Assembly: GCA_031362565.1 (NCBI GenBank)
Contig: JANLSU010000039.1
Span: 128,001 to 192,000, forward strand
Direction of reading: 5' to 3'
Length of the DNA: 64,000 nt
Source of the DNA: a bacterium
GTDB lineage: Bacteria > Krumholzibacteriota > Krumholzibacteriia > G020349025
Below are positions 59,688 through 64,000 of the stretch, in pieces. The notes under the pieces are model-generated. The model was not told the origin of the DNA and did not search any database. It saw nothing but the letters and a program-made list of their open reading frames with translations. The position numbers were made by a program, and so were the translations under genes. Positions within the stretch are counted from its first letter, which is position 1; every line of letters starts with the position of its first letter.

Positions 59688-60770
59688 TCAGCCTCCCCCA
59701 CTCGTCACTTGTGCCGCCACTGCCGCCGCCAGTTCCTGCGTGGCGCGCGGCCGCGCCAGACTGGCGCTCGCTTGCCCCATGCGCTGCAGGCGCTCCGGCG
59801 CGCCGACGAGCGCCACCACCTCGGCCGCCAACCGCGCCCCATCAAGGTCGCGATCCGCCAACAGGATCGCTGCCCCCGCATCCACGAGCGAGCGCGCGTT
59901 GGCGGTTTGATGATCGTCCACCGCTCCCGGAAAGGGAACGAGAATTGCCGGTTTGCCGCGCGCGGTGATCTCCGCGAGCGTCATCGCCCCGGCCCTGCAA
60001 ACGAGCAGCGTCGCCGCGGCGAGCGCCGCCGGCATGTGGTCGATATAGGCCCGCAGGAGCACGTCGGGCGCCCCGTCCCACTGCGGCGCCAAACGCGCGT
60101 AGTCGAGCTCGCCCGTCTGCCAGAGCCACACGACGCGGACCTGCCGCGCGACGAGCGGAATGGCGGCCGCAACCGCAGTGTTGATCGAGCGCGCGCCGCG
60201 GCTGCCGCCCACCACCAGCACCATCGGGACGCCAGCCGGCAGGCCCTCGAGCGGTGGTTGCGGCGCCAAAATCTCGTCCCGCAACGGATTCCCCGTTAGC
60301 TTGACGTGACGTCCGAAGTAACGCTCGCAACCTGGGAATGCCACATGGACTTCGCGCGCCAGCCGTCCCAGAACCCGGTTCGTCACACCGGGAATACTGT
60401 TCTGCTCCTGCACGACGAGCGGCCGGCGCAAGAGTGCCGCCGCGAGTCCGGCCGACAGGCTCGCATAGCCGCCGGTCGCGACCACGACATCGGGTTTCCA
60501 GGCGCGGACAAAGGTCAGCGCTTGCGTGACGCCATGCGCGAGATCGAGTGCCGCGCGGCAGCGCCCCAAGAGTCCCTTGCGCCGGAAGCCGCTGCCCGCG
60601 ATCAAGTGCAGCGCGAAGCCGTGCTGCGGGACGAGCCGTGCTTCCAGTCCCTGCGCACTGCCCATGAAGGCCGACTCGCAATCCGGCCGCGTGCGGCGCA
60701 GATGTTCGGCCACGGCAAGGGCCGGATACAGATGCCCGCCCGTGCCGCCGCCCGCGAACAGCACTCTCAC
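59688..60770 (-). CDS. murG: Lipid I GlcNAc transferase MurG
   Basis: GGGTGGHLYP, TGGY, EQN, GNPLR, GGSRGA, RAGA.T.AE, HQTANA; GTGA overlap with ftsW. Confidence 0.98.
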   Translation of the reverse strand: MRVLFAGGGTGGHLYPALAVAEHLRRTRPDCESAFMGSAQGLEARLVPQHGFALHLIAGSGFRRKGLLGRCRAALDLAHGVTQALTFVRAWKPDVVVATGGYASLSAGLAAALLRRPLVVQEQNSIPGVTNRVLGRLAREVHVAFPGCERYFGRHVKLTGNPLRDEILAPQPPLEGLPAGVPMVLVVGGSRGARSINTAVAAAIPLVARQVRVVWLWQTGELDYARLAPQWDGAPDVLLRAYIDHMPAALAAATLLVCRAGAMTLAEITARGKPAILVPFPGAVDDHQTANARSLVDAGAAILLADRDLDGARLAAEVVALVGAPERLQRMGQASASLARPRATQELAAAVAAQVTSGGG

Positions 60771-61909
60771 AGCAACGCCTCCACGGCGTGCTGGTGCGGC
60801 CGGGTCCACCGGCCGGGCCGGCGCTCGACCGCTTCGGCTTGGCGGGCGATGTTGCGCAGCACGCCGAGCGCGAACAGATGGGTGACGAGCGCCGACCCGC
60901 CGTAGCTCACGAGTGGCAACGGCAGCCCGGTGACTGGAAACAGCCGCAACGCCACGCACAGGTTGATCATCGCGTACCAGAAGAGCGACATGCCGATCCC
61001 CACCGCGAGCAAGCGCGCAAAGGGGTCTTCGTGCGCCTTGGCAACGCGGATCGCGCGCCCCACCAACAACAGGAACAAGCCCAGGACGACAATGCAACCC
61101 ACGAAGCCCAGCTCTTCGCCCATGACTGAAAAGATGAAATCGGTGTGGGCATCCGGCAGGTAGCCGTACTTGGCGATCCCCTGCCCGAGGCCTTTGCCCA
61201 CCGGGCCGCCGCTGCCGATCGCCAGCACCGATTGCAGGCTCTGATACGCACCACCCGCGGCGTGCGCATCCGGGCTCAAGAATCCGAAAATACGCGACCG
61301 CACATGGTCCTTCGACCACGCCAGAACAATACCGCCGGCCAGCAGCACGCCGGCCGCGGTGCCCAGATGCCGGAGGCGCGCACCACCCATGTAAATGAGC
61401 GTCAGGCTGATGAGCGACAGCGCCATGGCGCTGCCGAAATCGGGCTGCTTGAGCACCAACCCCAGCACCACGACAAGCACCGCACCCAACGGCAACAACC
61501 CATCGCGAAACGACTGGATCTTGGTTCCCATGCGAACGATTTCCGAGGCCAGAAAGCAGACGAGCGCCAAGCGCACGAATTCGACCGGCTGCAAGGTCTG
61601 CCCCATGACGTGGACCCAGCCACGCTGGCCGCGGATCGACGTGAAGAGGAACACGACGCCCAGGCCGATACAGGCCACGACGAGTCCGAGGCGCGCGACG
61701 CGGCGCCACTGGCGGTAGTCGATCTGCGACGCCACCAGCAGCAACACGACGCCGATGATGGCGCGAACCATTTGGCGCTTCACGAAGAAGAAGGCATCGC
61801 CGAATTTAGCGCGGGCGATCTCGTGGCTCGCCGAAAACACCATGCCGAGTCCGATGACGACCAGCGCCAACGCCAAGATCAAGATCGCATGTTCGTGCCG
61901 CAGTTTCAC
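60767..61909 (-). CDS. ftsW: Peptidoglycan glycosyltransferase FtsW
   Basis: QPVEF, QPDFG, YQ..QS..AIGSGG..GKGLG, LPDAHTDFIF, PVTGLPLPLVSYGGS. Confidence 0.97.
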   Translation of the reverse strand: MKLRHEHAILILALALVVIGLGMVFSASHEIARAKFGDAFFFVKRQMVRAIIGVVLLLVASQIDYRQWRRVARLGLVVACIGLGVVFLFTSIRGQRGWVHVMGQTLQPVEFVRLALVCFLASEIVRMGTKIQSFRDGLLPLGAVLVVVLGLVLKQPDFGSAMALSLISLTLIYMGGARLRHLGTAAGVLLAGGIVLAWSKDHVRSRIFGFLSPDAHAAGGAYQSLQSVLAIGSGGPVGKGLGQGIAKYGYLPDAHTDFIFSVMGEELGFVGCIVVLGLFLLLVGRAIRVAKAHEDPFARLLAVGIGMSLFWYAMINLCVALRLFPVTGLPLPLVSYGGSALVTHLFALGVLRNIARQAEAVERRPGRWTRPHQHAVEALL

Positions 61910-63291
61910 GCCCGTACCTTCCCCGTTTCGCGGGCCCGGGCCCGCTCCACCGCCGCGTCGAACTCTGCGCCCCGGTGCTCGGCATTGCGAAACATGTCGA
62001 AGCTCGTGCACCCAGGCGAGAAAAGCAACGTATCGTCCGGCTGGCCGGCGCGCAGCGCCGCCGCCACCAGATCATCGAGATCACGGACCCGTTCCAGCCG
62101 CGCACTGCCGGCCAGTGCCGTTTCGATTTCGCCGGCGGCTTCGCCGTACACGAACACGGTGCGCACGCGTCCCAACGAGCCGCGCAAGGTCCGGAAATCG
62201 AGGTCCTTGTTGCGGCCGCCCAAAGCCAGCATCAACATGCCGTCGAGCCCCTCGACGCCGGCGCGCACCGCCTCCACCGTCGTCCCCTTCGAATCGTTGA
62301 CGAACCGGATGGCGCGAATTTCGCCCGCCGGCTGCATGCGGTACGGCAGGGCGTGAAAACTCCGCAATGCCGCTTGCACGGCCGCGTCCACCGGTCCGAG
62401 CACTCGTGCCACCGCGAGCGCCGCCATGGCGTTCCGCACATTGTGAGCGCCGAGCAGCGGCACATCCGCGACGCGTGCCAGACGTTCGTGCCCGCCCGGC
62501 GTGCACCACACGAGATCGGCGGCCTCGCGGACGACGCCCGCACCGTCCCACAGCGCGCCGAATCCCAGCACCTGCGCTTCCGACGCGCGCCCCGTCGCGA
62601 CGCCGTATCGATCGGCGGGGTCGACGATCAAGACATCATCGCGGGTCTGATGGCGCGCGATGCGCTGCTTGGCTGCGGCGTACGCCTCGAAGTCCGGGTA
62701 GCGGTCCAAATGATCGGGGCTGACGGCAAGCAGCACCGCGACGCGGGCGTGAAACGTGTCGACGGTTTCGAGCTGGAAACTCGACAGCTCGAGCACGACC
62801 CAATCCTCGGCACCGGCCTGCGAAGCCACGGCGCAATACGGCAGCCCGATGTTGCCGGCCACGAAAACCCGCTTGCCCTGCGCCGCCAACAACGCGCCCG
62901 CAAGTGCGGTCGTCGTCGACTTGCCCTTGCTGCCGGTGATCGCGACCACCGGCGCCGCCGAACAGCGATACCCGAGTTCGATCTCGGAGATGACCGGGAT
63001 GCCGGCAGCGCTTGCGGCGACGACGAGCGGATGCGTCGTGGGGATTCCGGGTGACAAGACGAGCCAGTGGACCCCGCGCAGCAGTTCGACGCGCGTTTCG
63101 GCAGCGCTTGCGGCGAGCGTCTGCCGCGCCCAATCGCCGGCCAGCACCGGGCCCGCCGCCGGTCCGTCGTCGACACCGACGACCTCTGCACCGTGGCGCA
63201 CCGCCAGGTCGGCGGCCGCTTGCCCGCTCCGCGCCAAGCCGAACACCAGGATGCGGCGCCCACGCAACCAGTCGCTGTCGAGATGCGGCAT
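61906..63291 (-). CDS. murD: UDP-N-acetylmuramoyl-L-alanine-D-glutamate ligase
   Basis: GLARSG, SPGI, ITGSKGKSTT, GNIG, ELSSFQL, DHLDRY, NDSKGT, SPGCTSFDMF. Confidence 0.97.
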   Translation of the reverse strand: MPHLDSDWLRGRRILVFGLARSGQAAADLAVRHGAEVVGVDDGPAAGPVLAGDWARQTLAASAAETRVELLRGVHWLVLSPGIPTTHPLVVAASAAGIPVISEIELGYRCSAAPVVAITGSKGKSTTTALAGALLAAQGKRVFVAGNIGLPYCAVASQAGAEDWVVLELSSFQLETVDTFHARVAVLLAVSPDHLDRYPDFEAYAAAKQRIARHQTRDDVLIVDPADRYGVATGRASEAQVLGFGALWDGAGVVREAADLVWCTPGGHERLARVADVPLLGAHNVRNAMAALAVARVLGPVDAAVQAALRSFHALPYRMQPAGEIRAIRFVNDSKGTTVEAVRAGVEGLDGMLMLALGGRNKDLDFRTLRGSLGRVRTVFVYGEAAGEIETALAGSARLERVRDLDDLVAAALRAGQPDDTLLFSPGCTSFDMFRNAEHRGAEFDAAVERARARETGKVRA

Positions 63292-63304
63292 TGCGACTCG
63301 TCTC

Positions 63305-64000
63305 CTACTGCAACTTGATCGTCGACAGCGACAACATGACCAAGAGCGCGGCCACGATCCAGAAGCGCACCACGATCTTGGTCTCCGCCCAACCCAGGAG
63401 CTCGAAGTGGTGGTGCAACGGCGCCATGCGGAAAACCCGTTTGCCGAGCCAGCGGTACGAACCCACCTGGATCATGACCGAAAGCGCCTCCGCCACCAGA
63501 ACACCGCCGACGAGAACCAGCAGGAATTCTTTTTTGACGAGCACCGCGACCGCCCCCAGCGCCCCGCCGAGCGCCAGCGAACCGGTGTCGCCCATGAACA
63601 TTTCCGCCGGATGGGTGTTGTACCACAAGAACCCGAGTGCGGCCCCGACCATGGACATACAGAACACCGTCAATTCGCCGCTGCCCCGAATGAAGGGCAC
63701 GTTGAGATACTCGGCGAACTTGAAGTTACCGCTCACGTAGGCGAGGGCCGCGAAGGCTAGAAAAGCCAGTGAACACAGGCCGATGGCCAGGCCGTCCAGG
63801 CCGTCCGCCAGGTTCACCGCGTTCGACGACCCGGCGATGACGGCCATCACGAATGGGATGTAGAGGAGCCCGAGTTCCAGCAAGTTGAGGTTCTTCAAGA
63901 ACGGTACCGAGGTGCGGGTGGCGATCTCCGGCTGTTCCGGAAAAAAATACAACGTCGCGCCGATGAGCAGGCCGAGGCCGAACTGGCCGAGCATCTTGTA
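63305..64000 (-). CDS. mraY: Phospho-N-acetylmuramoyl-pentapeptide transferase (5' end outside window)
   Basis: SNAVNLADGLDGLA, FLWYN..PA..FMGDTGS, MAPLHHHFE..GW.E. Confidence 0.98.
   Translation of the reverse strand, partial: YKMLGQFGLGLLIGATLYFFPEQPEIATRTSVPFLKNLNLLELGLLYIPFVMAVIAGSSNAVNLADGLDGLAIGLCSLAFLAFAALAYVSGNFKFAEYLNVPFIRGSGELTVFCMSMVGAALGFLWYNTHPAEMFMGDTGSLALGGALGAVAVLVKKEFLLVLVGGVLVAEALSVMIQVGSYRWLGKRVFRMAPLHHHFELLGWAETKIVVRFWIVAALLVMLSLSTIKLQ

Noticed and set aside
52605..60299. Long antisense ORFs (52605-54545, 54723-56285, 56340-58769, 58776-60299) and similar ones across the window
   Set aside because: These are shadow frames of GC-rich genes, with Arg/Ala-rich composition, no RBS and no recognisable motifs.

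Overview
High-GC bacterial window with no rRNA, tRNA, CRISPR array or transposase visible. Many secreted proteins carry FlgD/T9SS-like C-terminal domains and the dcw cluster is Bacteroidota-style, which suggests an FCB-associated candidate lineage such as Eisenbacteria, Krumholzibacteriota or Latescibacterota (inference only). (1) 1-15.5 kb: secreted proteins, namely a BNR/beta-propeller protein, a GH17, a TPR-CHAT protease with a hydrophobic N-terminus, and a two-gene operon encoding a small OB/NTR-like protein and a 2588-aa matrixin/beta-propeller/Ig protein. (2) 16-38 kb: a beta-1,3-glucan utilisation locus with two GH16, a GH149 phosphorylase, GH1, a GH TIM-barrel fused to a probable outer-membrane beta-barrel, CBM-like proteins, an Opp/Dpp-type ABC transporter split over two convergent operons and a ROK repressor. 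It has no SusC/SusD. A 25-bp palindrome (WCTWTGTTCG-N5-CGAACAWWGW) occurs three times over sigma70-like promoters and is the likely ROK operator. Two unrelated secreted proteins end in the same short tail (W[GS]x[IV]KxLY[RN]), a candidate second sorting signal. (3) 39-43.5 kb: a rearranged accessory patch with a nucleotidyltransferase pair, a Ser/Thr kinase pseudogene joined head-to-head to ric, a cupin and YbaK. (4) 43.5-64 kb: core-like genes: DGGGPS-like UbiA, Wzi-like protein, orphan trpA, TPR protein, response regulator, extended MglA, RsbW-like protein, zinc-ribbon protein, recG and the dcw cluster (mraY-murD-ftsW-murG-murC-ftsQ-ftsA-ftsZ). Start codons were re-chosen by eye from RBS and overlap evidence. 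Family names come from motif recognition, not database searches.
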